A stretch of 64,000 nt of DNA, from contig NC_068998.1 in the NCBI RefSeq assembly GCF_001194135.2, positions 39,235,609-39,299,608 on the forward strand. The letters are read 5' to 3'. This document shows positions 26,669 to 38,355 of the stretch, piece after piece. Every line of letters begins with the position of its first letter. The first letter of the stretch is position 1. The translations under genes and the position numbers were made by a program. The notes beneath the pieces are model-generated. The model searched no databases and had not been told where the DNA came from. It was given only the letters and a program-made list of their open reading frames with translations. The DNA comes from Octopus bimaculoides. Its lineage: Eukaryota.

Positions 26669-28452
26669 GTGAGAATTAATTTTTTTTAAAAATTTTTCCT
26701 TGTGCTGCGGAGAAGTCTCATCAAACCGATCCCTTAATTCGGTTTCGTTTGCCTATCGTAACCTCTACGCTAACGTCTCCAGTGCTCTTGAGAAAGAGAT
26801 GAATGCCAGAATGTCCCAAAATCTGTAAATCTAAGTCTTCGTCTCTCTTGCGGGACGTTGCCCTTTATAATAAACAACTTTCTCTACTAAACTATACGAT
26901 GAAGTATTTAAAAACGAGAGGTCGAGATTGTGTCACGTTAATCATTCTTCAACTTAAGTAGCTCTGATTGTTTACATTTTTATTTTGATGAAGGATGTAA
27001 CACTTTGATGAGCAATCGAGAACAACTTCACTTTAGGCTTATAGCTCGATTATTCAGAGTATGCACTTTAAATGATAAAAGCTGTTATCTATTTTCTCTC
27101 ACTTTCTTTGAAGGTGAAGAACTTTGTTATTTACCCGGCTTCGTTATTGTTCATTTTCATATGAATTATTTATATGTATTGATCTGTTAGTTTACTCTCT
27201 GCAGATTCATCCCCCCCAGAAATGGTTGAATACCTAGCTTGAAGTAATTTAATGAATCGTAAAACTGTTAGCGGGGGAAGCTTTGAGTGTTGTTTACTTG
27301 GGGCGACGAAAAAGCTTCATCGTGGTCGCAGAGCTTGTTAAAACATCCAAATCTACTTCAAATTACATTCTGCCTCTTTATAAAAGGGCACGTTGGATAA
27401 TGTGATCGGTATAGATTGTTTGGCAACCAGAGAAGAATTTGTTTTTGGTAAAATAGATACATTATTACGAAAATTTTCGCCAAATGTAACTCAAACACTC
27501 TAGTTTAAAAACAAAATCCAACACCATGATAGATTTTCTATAAAGTAAATCTTTAGGATCAAAAAAGTAAATGTCTTGATATTTCAAAATTTGAAGAACT
27601 AAAAAATTCGTTAACAAATCAATAGAACCCATATTAGACACCTGCACCACAATAATATTTAAAGAATGCGATTTTTGGAGGTAAAATAAGACAAATTATT
27701 CGATATATTTCAAAAGAAAGGAACTGGTGATAAACTTTTACACAATTAAGATTGTGAATCCGGTTGAATCTTAGCACCGACTATCGATTTTTTCGCAATT
27801 ATTTTAGATAAAATATGATAATAATATTCATGTCTGTTACTTAACTGTCAACAACCAAGGTAACATTTTTTTTCCTTCTGTACAATCCTTGCATCTTCTG
27901 ATCTTGTGCAGTTAGCGAGTAACGAAGGTAAAGGTTCCTTGCGGCCAAAACTTTCAGGTTTGTAGGTAAAGATCAATAGTGTGTTCAGACTCGAACCTTT
28001 ACGTTAACTTTCCTCATAGTTAGTCTCCAAGTATTCTGCGAGGTTTATCTCGAGCAAATGCTAATGTGGGAGTAACAATGACGGAAAAGTTTAAGACGGT
28101 AATTTCAGCCCATCTTTGAAACTTTTCTTAGAATTCCAACCAATCGTTTGTGAATTTCTTTCACTTTAAAATTAGAAGTTTTCCTTTAGAATGTTTCATT
28201 GAGTTAAATGGAATTTTTTTCTTGTGGAATTATTCGCTAGATAAAACGAAAAAATTTCTCTTAATTTTACTTGATAAAAATATAAAGTACTCTCAATCTA
28301 ATTTTATCATTAATATTCTGTTTTTAAATAATGCAAAACTTCATATATGATGAGCATCTTATTTTCGCCAAAATCACTCCTAATATTTGTATAATTGATG
28401 GGATTCGATTGCAAATTTTACCACTCTCACCGTTATGAAGAAAACCCTCCAA

Positions 28453-30226
28453 NNNNNNNNNNNNNNNNNNNNNNNNNNNNNNNNNNNNNNNNNNNNNNNN
28501 NNNNNNNNNNNNNNNNNNNNNNNNNNNNNNNNNNNNNNNNNNNNNNNNNNNNNNNNNNNNNNNNNNNNNNNNNNNNNNNNNNNNNNNNNNNNNNNNNNNN
28601 NNNNNNNNNNNNNNNNNNNNNNNNNNNNNNNNNNNNNNNNNNNNNNNNNNNNNNNNNNNNNNNNNNNNNNNNNNNNNNNNNNNNNNNNNNNNNNNNNNNN
28701 NNNNNNNNNNNNNNATATATATGGCACAAGGCCAGCAGGTTTGGGGAGAGGCCAAGTCGATTAAATCGATCCTCAGTGTTTAACTAGTACTTATTTTATT
28801 GACCCGAAAGGATGAAAGTTAGTCAACTCCGGCAGAATTTGAACTCAGAACGTAAACACAGGCGAAATGCCGCTAAACCCGGCGTGCTAAAGATTCTGTA
28901 GCTCGCCGCTTTAACCCATAAAACGTTGGGATTTGCACTTACATAGCATGGACTGCTGAGCACATTTTATGAAAATGAGACTACCATGCACACATAAAAA
29001 ACAAAAAATAGTTAAAATATCTTCTAAGTATATAATGTGACAAGTTTTACATCATCTTAAAAGACAATAGTTGAACTATCTCTTGATAGACATTTCAACA
29101 AACGCCCATAAATAAATGCATCTACCTGGGCCACGCTCGTGGCCTGTCGACCTGTGCCTGACGGCCACGGTTGTGGCCTATCGCGCTTTATGTGTTAATA
29201 AAATGAAATATTAAAAAATGAAACTATATCAGAATATACGGTAGATTATCTACTGTTGTAAATACTGAAATAGGAAGGCACTCGTTTCTTGATCATGTAC
29301 CCTTTAAGTTCCAACGTTAACAAAAACAGTTTTGACTAAAAACAAAATCCAACATTGGCAAAGGGCAACCGGTTCTACTTAAATACAGAAGTACCTACGC
29401 ATCTACGTAACCCTAAAACTAACCTTAACCGGGGCTAATGCAGTTTCGCACCTTTCCATGAAAAAAGCAATTTTTTGAAAATATTTTTCGGATTCCTGCT
29501 TTTTCATCCATTTATTTATTTGTCTGTCTATTTATCCCTACCCGTTTATTCATATCTATCTATCTATACATACATACACACATAACAAAATGCTTATTGA
29601 ATATAAAATTTTGAAAACGTGGTTGGATCTTTCTGATTTGGCGGGCACCATTTTTTATGTATGTTTTATTTAGTGTGTTTTCTACCGAAACACTTTAAAA
29701 CTTCGTATACTTGTATATTTTGTCATATAGAACAGAGAAAAAATTTTATATTCGAAGTTATTTCATGTTAAAAGTTGTATTNNNNNNNNNNNNNNNNNNN
29801 NNNNNNNNNNNNNNNNNNNNNNNNNNNNNNNNNNNNNNNNNNNNNNNNNNNNNNNNNNNNNNNNNNNNNNNNNNNNNNNNNNNNNNNNNNNNNNNNNNNN
29901 NNNNNNNNNNNNNNNNNNNNNNNNNNNNNNNNNNNNNNNNNNNNNNNNNNNNNNNNNNNNNNNNNNNNNNNNNNNNNNNNNNNNNNNNNNNNNNNNNNNN
30001 NNNNNNNNNNNNNNNNNNNNNNNNNNNNNNNNNNNNNNNNNNNNNNNNNNNNNNNNNNNNNNNNNNNNNNNNNNNNNNNNNNNNNNNNNNNNNNNNNNNN
30101 NNNNNNNNNNNNNNNNNNNNNNNNNNNNNNNNNNNNNNNNNNNNNNNNNNNNNNNNNNNNNNNNNNNNNNNNNNNNNNNNNNNNNNNNNNNNNNNNNNNN
30201 NNNNNNNNNNNNNNNNNNNNNNNNNN
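28453..30226. other. Assembly gaps
   Basis: N runs at 28453-28714 and 29782-30226; others at 8990-8999, 30755-30764, 37435-37646 and 57879-57888. Confidence 1.
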
Positions 30227-32559
30227 TCTTTGAAAGAAACTTGGCTACTATTTTTAGCAGGTCAAGCAATCATGCAGAACAGGAGTGGAGAAACCCTTTA
30301 CTGCTGGTAAAATTTTCCTCATATTCAACTTCTCTGAAAAATGTTTGAAGCATTAATTAAATATAAAATAGCGACTGAGACCTTTGGAGATATGCTGTGC
30401 TTGAGAAGACCTGGCAAGCCAAGTGAGATCGTAGCTGTGGCCAGCGTCACATAACCAGCTCATTTAAGAGTACCCTTCAATTGTCAAGCAATATGCTGTG
30501 CTTGAGAAGACCTGCTAAGTCAAGTGAGATCGTTGTTGTGGCCAATGCCAGTACCACCTGACTGGCACCCATGCTGGTGGCACGTAAAAAGCACCGTTTC
30601 AGCATGGTTGATGCCAGTGCCGCTGAACTGGCTCCTGTGCCAGTGGCACATAAAAAACACCAACTACTCTCGGAGTGGCTGGCATTAGGAAGGGCATCCA
30701 GCTGTAGAAACTCTGCCAGATCAGATTGGAGCCTGGTGCAGCCTCTTGGCTAACNNNNNNNNNNATTGGAGCCTGGTGCAGCCTCTTGGCTAACCAGTCC
30801 TCAGTCAAACCATCCAACCCATGCCAGCATGGAAAGTGGACGTTAAACAATGATCATGATGATGAAATGGCTCTCAATACTTAAAACGATATTTAAGTCA
30901 TTTTAATTATCTGGATCATTAATGCATTATAACATTTTAATTAATAATGTTAAGTGAAATTACAGGTTCCATAATTTTCTTGGTACTAACCTACTCCACT
31001 CATAAGTTCTTATGCACTTGGTACTAAAAAATTCCCCACCTTGGTGGAGAGCTTGTCTGCTGTTTATTGCAGTTGAGTACCTTTGCAGCAAAAGCAGTAT
31101 TGTTGCCTTTTACAACAGCAGAGTATTCAAATGTGTCTGGCACAAGAACCTCCTAGTCAAGTTGCCTGCCATTGGTGTCTGCCCTTTTCTCATCAGAAAT
31201 TTTTTGTCACACCACTCCAACACAATGTGTCAGTAAGTCTCTCACTGTTAAACATTCTACCAACAATAACATGCTCAGAGTTCAGTTATATCTCCTAGAT
31301 TCCTTAAGAAGAAACCTTGCAAACATCCTTTAATAGGTACACATCAATCTAATCTTCTTCAACAGTACTAAGATACTGTCGCCACATGTATTCAACCAAC
31401 ATTATATTCTCTCTACTCATAAGCAACATGAAGCTAAGTTCTTTTCGATCATTAGTCCTCAATGTATTTGATGAGTGTTTAAAGATGACATGACCAAAAC
31501 AAATTGAGTAAGACCAGAAGTTGAAGCACCTTAACCACAAGTATGTTAAGGCCAGTACCATGGATCATAAAGGTGGTGAACTGGCAGAATCATTAGCACA
31601 CTGAGCAAAATGCTTAGTGGTATTTCGTCTACTGTTACGTTCGACTTTGCCTTTCATTCTTTCAGGGTTGATGGGCTTCTTTCAGTTTCCATCTACTAAA
31701 TCCACTCACAAGGTTTTGGTCAGCCTAAGGCTATAGTAGAAGACACTTACCCAAGGTGGCATGCAGTGGGACTGAACCCAAAACCATGTGGCTGAGAAGC
31801 AAGTTTCTTATCACATAACCATGCCTGCACCTGTGGGGATAGTTTTAATAAATCAAAAATTTATGTTATATGGTGTTTGATATACCTGTACTTATCCATG
31901 TTGTTCGAAAACTGGTCTCTTTCAATTATTTCTCTGCGCTCATTTTCATTTAAACTATAACACTGAATTTACGTAATGGTTACAAAAAGTACTCAGCCAT
32001 ATATGTTATTATATGGTAAGTAGGTAATTCAACTTATTGAAATTATCAATTTACTATACAAGTTGTTCTCTAATGAGGGTTACACTTGCGTCTTGAAGAG
32101 GGTAGATAATTGTTCAGTTTTACATTCTGGCTCCAGAGAGGAAAACTGGTTCTGGAAATGTAATTTACTTTTGTTATTAATGTCTGAAAGAATGTTTAAA
32201 TTATAGCAATTAGTAAACTATTAAAAATGCAAAACAAATTATGAATACATAACTTCGGTGTGACATGACATGGTTTGGTTATGGCTGATTTCACACAGCA
32301 CTGGGCCCGAGAGAAATTAGCTTTAACTATTATTGTTAGGTCAACTAATTATTATTAATTGCTGTACCAAGTCTGAATCAAAGTTAGGTTTCATTTTTTG
32401 AAAGAAGTTTTTGATTAACAATGCCCTGAGATAAGAATATATACATTACAACTACATATTTTTCTATTCGTCCAACAATTAATAGGATTAATAACTTATT
32501 GATATAATCAATTATGGAATGTCTGGAGAGAAAGATTTATGCTTGACACAATTAATTGG

Positions 32560-32760
32560 CACTTAAGCAATAAAACATACTAATGATCAGAGATGTTCCA
32601 ATAATGATCATTCTTGTCCCTTTTTTTTTTTTTCAGACATTGTAAATCTAGGACTACATTATTCAATGTCTTCTTCCTTTTCTTGAGCTGGTAGGTTGTA
32701 ATTTATGAGAAAATTTGGCTGCTGTTTCTAGCTGTCCAAGCAACCACATTGTCTTCCTCA
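32560..32760 (+). repeat. Interspersed repeat family F (ATTTGGCTGCTATTTCTAGC core)
   Basis: Related segments at ~14660-14870, 15870-15990, 16620-16760, 19170-19290, 32930-33110, 42880-42960, 44570-44790, 55960-56080, 61620-61760 and 63420-63590. Class not determined. Confidence 0.55.
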
Positions 32761-33817
32761 TTGATTTGCAGTTGAGGCTCATTCATTACTTCTGTGTTTA
32801 ATTTCCTGTGCATTTATAAATGCAGTGTTTCAAATCAGATGGCAAGTTGGGCAAAAATGAGATAAGCCTGTTGCTTTACTATTTTAACACTCCTAGATGG
32901 GGGAAGATGCTAAACAAACATGTGGCCATCCTTGTTGTTTAGCCACGGGTTAACACTGACAGAGTTACCTATGGTCAAAGATGCTGCAGTCCTGACAATC
33001 CCTTTCCTCTTGTGCATCACCTGTCTCAGACTACATTACCCAGTGTATCCATTTATCCCATTCAAAACTGTGTAATATATATTGAAAGTAATTTGGCTTC
33101 TATTTCTAGCAGTTCTAGTGACCATGAAGGCACATGGCTTAGTGGTTGAGGTAATCTACTCACAGTCGTATGGTCATGAGTTCAACTCCTGGCTGTGCAT
33201 TGTGTCCTTGAGTAAGACAGTTTATTTCACATTGCTCCAGTCCACTCAGCTGGCAAAAACAAAGTGTACCTGTAATTCAGAAGGCTGGCCATGTCACATT
33301 GTGTCATGCTGAATCTCCCTGTGAACTACATGAAGGGTTTATGTGTCTGTGGAGTGCTCAACCACTTGCACGTTAATTTCAAGAGCAGGCTGTTCCATTA
33401 ATCAGATCAACTGGAACCCATGTCATCGTAACTGACAGCGTGTCAGTGACCATACGGAGGCTCTCTCATTCATTAGCTCATGCATAGACACTATATTATC
33501 AGATAGCTGCTTCAAGAGCATTCGAAGTTCAAATCCCAGATTAGGAGAGCAGCTTGTAAGTAAATTAGAAAGGTATCATGATTGACAATCCAGCAGTGAA
33601 AATGGCACTTGATCATTCTCTGATACTGATATGAAGGTTGCATTCTCTTAGACATGAAGGCATTTGATGGCCTTAGGTGTCAGAAAATGTGACATGATAA
33701 CAAAATGGCCTATGATGGATATGTGTTGTTCAATTCTTAGCAGATGTGTGTTCTTTTCCAGCAGTAGTTATCTTAACAGTTTGGCAGTAATAGTGGACTA
33801 GTAATGATGGACTTTAA

Positions 33818-34039
33818 CCCTTCAGCATTCAGATTACTTTGTCAAAAGCAAAACTTATTTATTCACGTTGTTTTGCATTAATCAGGTAATATCTTGTAGC
33901 TACAAAACTTTGATGATGTGATTATTTAGTTTTAGAATGATATTATAGAGCAAGGTATGAGAAGCCAAATATGACCAGCTTGAACCAAAAAACAGGTAGA
34001 ATAATTTACCCAGATATGCTTAGTTTAAATGCTAATGGG
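33818..34039 (+). mobile_element. piggyBac-type MITE (~220 bp family)
   Basis: TTAA|CCCTTCAGCATT...AATGCTAATGGG|TTAA; family consensus TIR CCCTTTAGCATT. Confidence 0.8.
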
Positions 34040-35478
34040 TTAATGCTTCTTTCAGTGGCTTGCTGAAAAAGTTGAGATAGGGTTGGTTATGAGTTTTGGG
34101 TGAGGAACAAATCTTTACTTTTCATTTTTTTGAAGTTGATAAAATAAGTACCAGTTAAGAACTGGGAACCAATGTAATTGTCTTACCCTTCCCCTAAAAA
34201 TTGCCTGCCGTGTGCCAAAATTTGAAACCATGGCAGCAAGCTGGCAGAAACAGCACACAGGACAAAATGCTTCTCAGCATTTCTTATGACTTTACATTTC
34301 TGAGTTCAGGTTCCACCAAGATCACCTTTGCTTTTCCATCCTTTCAGGATTAATATAATCAACTATCCTCCACCTTCAAGATTTCAGGCCTTGTGCCTAT
34401 CATAGAAAGAATTATTATCATCAAAAGCAGGTTGAATGCAAGATAACTGCATTCCAAAAATTCTTTTGTGTGTTCAACAAGTGGAGAGATTCCCTGGTAA
34501 AGGAAGACCCTCCTTAGGTATATGGAGAAGTTGAAACAATCACTATAAACCCTACAGTTTAATTTAACATTTTGGGAAAGTTATTGCTTAGATTGATCTG
34601 CATGGCATAAAATGTGTCATAATGCATTTAAACAATTTGAGTTGAAGAAACAGAACAATGAAAGAATTATATCCTGCAATCAACAGACACATTAGTCCGA
34701 TCCCAGGCAAAATCAAAATCATCATTGTCCTCATTGTGACTTCATAGCAAAATCCATACCCAGACTCAAATTACATTCATGCATCCATTGTGAATAAATG
34801 CAGCTTCTTTTGTTTTTTGATCTTTTTTTTTAAAATCCTTTCCTTCAAACACTTATCATTATTATTATTATTAAGGTGACAAGCTGGTAGAATGATTACT
34901 GTGCCAGGCAAAATGCTTAGCGGCATTTCATTCATCTTTATGTTCTGAGTTCAAATTCTTCCAAGGTCAACTTTGCTTTCCATCTTTTCATGGTTGATAA
35001 GATAAGTACCAGTTGAGCACTGTGGGTCAATGTAATCGACATACTCCCCATATCCTGAACTTGCTGGCCTTGTGCCAAAATTTGAAACCATTATCATCAT
35101 CATTATCATCATTATTATTATTATTATTATTTGCAGGTCAGAGGTTCCACTGGAAAGGTGAAAAGCCCTAAGACTTTGAAGTTTTCATTGTTTACACAGT
35201 TCAGTAAACTTTTCAAAAGGGTTTGTATAAAAATCTTTGACTTGGTTGTCTTAAATATTAGCTTGGGTTGGAGCAAGTGATAGAATAACGATGAGACAAA
35301 GGATAATATATTTGATGGTAGCGGTGTTGTTGTTGCTGGGATTATTCAGATTTGTTATTTATTTACGTTTCTGCGTTCATAAATCAAATCTCACTGCAGG
35401 TGACTTTATATTTCAGTTGTCCCCCTTGAATTGATAAACGTTATGCTAGCCTATAAGTAGGTTATCTCCCTTGGCTAG

Positions 35479-35779
35479 GCGGCGCTCCATGTAGACAATT
35501 AAACTTCCGCAGACTATCCACGCTATTGTTATTGTTTCGATGATTCAGCTATCGAAGTACTTACTGTGCCTAAGTTAAAGAAATATTTAAGATTATATGG
35601 ACAGTATGTTACTGGAAGAAAGGCGGACTTGACTGAAAGGTATAAAAATTCTGTCGATGAAGAATGTCAACAAAGTAAATTCATCGGACGATACTTCAGA
35701 CAGGAATAAGCAGAAGCTTATATCTGCTCTCGGTGAAGCTAGGCTTACTCGAAATTCCCACATTCATTCAGAACATTAA
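35479..35779 (+). pseudogene. Disrupted SAP-domain ORF
   Basis: AALHVDN*TSADYPRYCYCFDDSAIEVLTVPKLKKYLRLYGQYVTGRKADLTER; 35560-35640 fits the SAP consensus LTV.ELK..LR..GL..SG.KA.LIERL. No ATG, in-frame TAA at 35500-35502, and a frameshift before IKILSMKNVNKVNSSDDTSDRNKQKLISALGE. Confidence 0.7.
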
Positions 35780-35965
35780 CAACAATTTCAATGTATTTAT
35801 TATTTGAATGCAAAATTGTTTATTAAAAATACCTGTACATCAACACAACAATTATTAGATTAAACATTCGAATTTGTTTCCCTCTTGAATTTTAACATGT
35901 TCTAATCTGTTAATGAGGAGATAAATCAAAGAGACATTTCACTCATCTACTAACTGCGTATATGA

Positions 35966-36244
35966 TCATGCACTTACTGATATTTTAAATACTTTGTTTG
36001 GAAAAACGGATGGCAAGGGGTGATCTTTCGATAGTCCATTAAAATCGACGAAATGCTGGGAACACATTTGGCTGTATGTAGTGTAAACAAAGTCTTTCCT
36101 CACAAGTCTCGATCTCTGAAGCCAAATACGACGAATAGCTACGTTTGCAGGATATCTATGTAGTGAAATAACTTTGCCGAACCAGTCAGTACAGTATGTG
36201 AGTCGTCTGCGGAAGTTAAAGCAAGTCACTGAGCATGCGTACAT
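35966..36244 (-). CDS. THAP (C2CH zinc finger) domain ORF nested antisense in ABCB7 intron 1
   Basis: MYACSVTC-x52-CSQHF...HPLPSVF with THAP landmarks C4, C8, H-x-Y-P32, W41, C61, H64, F65 and an AVPTIF-like box. Donor TCA|GTAAGT at 35977 and pyrimidine-rich acceptor at 35907 define a 71-nt intron; spliced product is 89 aa + IRTC*. Confidence 0.8.
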   Translation of the reverse strand: MYACSVTCFNFRRRLTYCTDWFGKVISLHRYPANVAIRRIWLQRSRLVRKDFVYTTYSQMCSQHFVDFNGLSKDHPLPSVFPNKVFKISVSA

Positions 36245-36435
36245 GTCATACGGGAGAGTTCCAATCAGGGGTGGATAACAACCTTATAGGAACCCCCTAT
36301 ACAAGTTGTCTATTCTATCAACTATACATCTCTTCCTTAAAAAAAAGTTAGTCCTTTATAAATTACCAATGTAAAGAATCCTAATTATGAATGGTTATGA
36401 CCAACCAAAAAATTTATTTCTATTTTACTATACAG

Positions 36436-36639
36436 CAATTTCCAGTTACCCTTGGAAAGAGAGGCTGTTTTCATCCTGGTGCATCAATTGGTTCAACAAA
36501 CTCTATCAGTTTAAAAAATGCAAAAGAAGTGACTGGCATCGATATCATCAAAGCAATCAGTAAGCATGTGTGGCCGAAAGGCAAGTGGAACATCAAAGTG
36601 AGGGTTTCAGTTGCCATCCTGTTACTTATCAGTTCCAAG
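36436..36639 (+). CDS. ABCB7: ABCB7 exon 2
   Basis: tatacAG|QFPVTLGKRGCFHPG...IIKAISKHVWPKGKWNIKVRVSVAILLLISSK|GTAAG; resembles ABCB7/Atm1 IIKAML.YVWPK...ARV. 204 nt, phase 0/0. Confidence 0.9.
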
Positions 36640-37227
36640 GTAAGATTTATCATAAGCTCTTTTTTTTTTTTTTTTTTTGAGAGAAGGAAGGATATTATCC
36701 AAAGCTGTTACTTGTCCTCCTTATGGGATGCTTGGGTTAACTGGATTTGGCTAATGAAAGGGAAAACTTAGGTAATGGGAAAGTTCCGCAGTTGGGGGTC
36801 TTGGAAGGAAGAGTTTGGCAACAGGCTGAGTGTTCTGGACAGGTACATTTATATATGTTTGGAAAGTAAATTTATTAACCACACAGACATGCCTGTGCAT
36901 CTATGCACACACATACACACACACATATACACACAAACACGCATACATTGCAGTTTATATATCCTAATTAACATGGATGTTTTATTAGAATGCTGTATTT
37001 GCCTTGAGAGATCCTCACATATACACAACTAAAAGTATTTTTATGTTAAACTGTATGAACAAAACACTGCTATCATTAGTACCACTATTTAAAATTTGTA
37101 TGCATGATTGAATACACACTTAGAACATTATAATATTTTTTATGTTTCTGTTATATATATATATATATATATAACAGAAACATAAAAAATATTATAATGT
37201 TCTAAGTGTGTATTGTATATATACAAT

Positions 37228-37391
37228 AGGCACGGGAGTGGTTGTGTGGTAAGTAGCTTGCTTACCAACCACATGGTTCCGGGTTCAGTCCCGCTGCGTG
37301 GCACCTTGGGCAAGTGTCTTCTACTATAGCCTCGGGCCGACCAAAGCCTTGTGAGTGGATTTGGTAGACGGAAACTGAAAGAAGCCCGTCG

Positions 37392-37434
<43 letters not shown>
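37228..37434 (+). mobile_element. tRNA-derived SINE family A (head GGC.CAGG.GTGG.TGTGTGGTAAG)
   Basis: A/B-box-like head (GTGTGGTAAG...GGTTCAGTCCC), body GGCACCTTGGGCAAGTGTCTTCTACTATAGCC, microsatellite linker. Other copies (approximate): 4331-4581(-), 5378-5752(+), 6600-7030(-), 12206-12305(+), 21390-21545(-), 22733-23063(-), 31675-31830(-), 42463-42835(-), 43451-43855(-), 46296-46510(-), 52434-52885(+). Confidence 0.85.
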
Positions 37435-38225
37435 NNNNNNNNNNNNNNNNNNNNNNNNNNNNNNNNNNNNNNNNNNNNNNNNNNNNNNNNNNNNNNNNNN
37501 NNNNNNNNNNNNNNNNNNNNNNNNNNNNNNNNNNNNNNNNNNNNNNNNNNNNNNNNNNNNNNNNNNNNNNNNNNNNNNNNNNNNNNNNNNNNNNNNNNNN
37601 NNNNNNNNNNNNNNNNNNNNNNNNNNNNNNNNNNNNNNNNNNNNNNGAATACACACTTAGAACATTATAATATTTTTTATGTTTCTGTTATATATATATA
37701 TATATATATAATGTTTATCATCACTTAAACATGGCTGTTCCATAGGAACCAGTGTTACTGCTTTTTTAACCCCAATAGGCTACCTCCTCCAGCTGGTTAT
37801 TCAATACGGTCTGTATCTGATATGTATTGCAAGCAGGGAAGTCTCATTAATACATAAATGCATGAATTTTTTATTTAATTAATTCATGATGTTTACAAGA
37901 TTTTCAAATATTTGTGATGCTGTTGTATATGTCTGTTTAGTGTGGCAAGCTAACAGAACCGATAACATGCTAGGCAAAATGCTTAGCAATATTTCCTCCA
38001 TCTTAACATCCTGAGTTCAAATTTTACCAAGGTTGACTTAGTCTTTCGTTCTTTATGGGGTTGATAAAATAGGTACCAGTTGAGTATTGGGGTCAATGTA
38101 ATCGACTTACCCACTGCCCTGAACATGCTGGCTCTGTGCCAAAACTTGAAATCATTATATATGTCTGTTACTTTATGTCCTCTCTATATCAGTCTATAAT
38201 CCTCCCTCTGTCTTTCTTCCTGCAG

Positions 38226-38355
38226 CTATTGTTGGTCCAAGTACCGTTTCTTTTCAAATACATCATTGACCATTTGAATGGCTCAGAGGAATATCTCAGC
38301 CTCATTGATGCCCCTTCAACCATTATCACTGTGTCCACATCATTAATTATTGCCT
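38226..38355 (+). CDS. ABCB7: ABCB7 exon 3
   Basis: ctttcttcctgcAG|LLLVQVPFLFKYIIDHLNGSEEYLSLIDAPSTIITVSTSLIIA+T|GTAAG; conserved VPF.FKY..D.L motif. Confidence 0.93.

Larger units (their letters stand above)
35450..36290. mobile_element. Putative internally deleted two-gene DNA transposon (SAP + THAP)
   Basis: Imperfect terminal inverted repeats CCTATAAGTAGGTTATC (35450-35466) and rc CCTATAAGGTTGTTATC (36274-36290), 14/17 identical. Encloses both convergent ORFs and is CpG-rich relative to the intron. No TSD established. Confidence 0.5.

Noticed and set aside
27912-27957. Strong acceptor with nearby donors in ABCB7 intron 1 (16- or 46-nt exon)
   Set aside because: Either form shifts the frame between two phase-0 exons; not needed for the ABCB7 model, though extra N-terminal exons cannot be excluded.
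28324-30310. Long ORFs in the track containing X runs (also 37262-37728)
   Set aside because: Open only because they span N gaps.
30725-30795. Identical 30-bp direct repeats flanking a 10-N gap (same pattern at 57839-57928)
   Set aside because: Typical overlap duplication at scaffold joins.
30950-31561. Coding-like composition and a 70-aa ORF on the minus strand, considered as a downstream THAP exon (similar stretches at 20500-21100 and 12600-13600)
   Set aside because: Multiple stops, no good splice sites and no diagnostic RT or transposase motif; probably old LINE debris that I cannot classify.
37111-37214. Perfect 104-bp palindrome centred on (TA)n, with the left arm repeated again at 37648 after a gap
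   Set aside because: Zero mismatches, a self-complementary (TA)n core and recurrence across the adjacent N-gap point to mis-assembly or haplotype merging; needs long reads.
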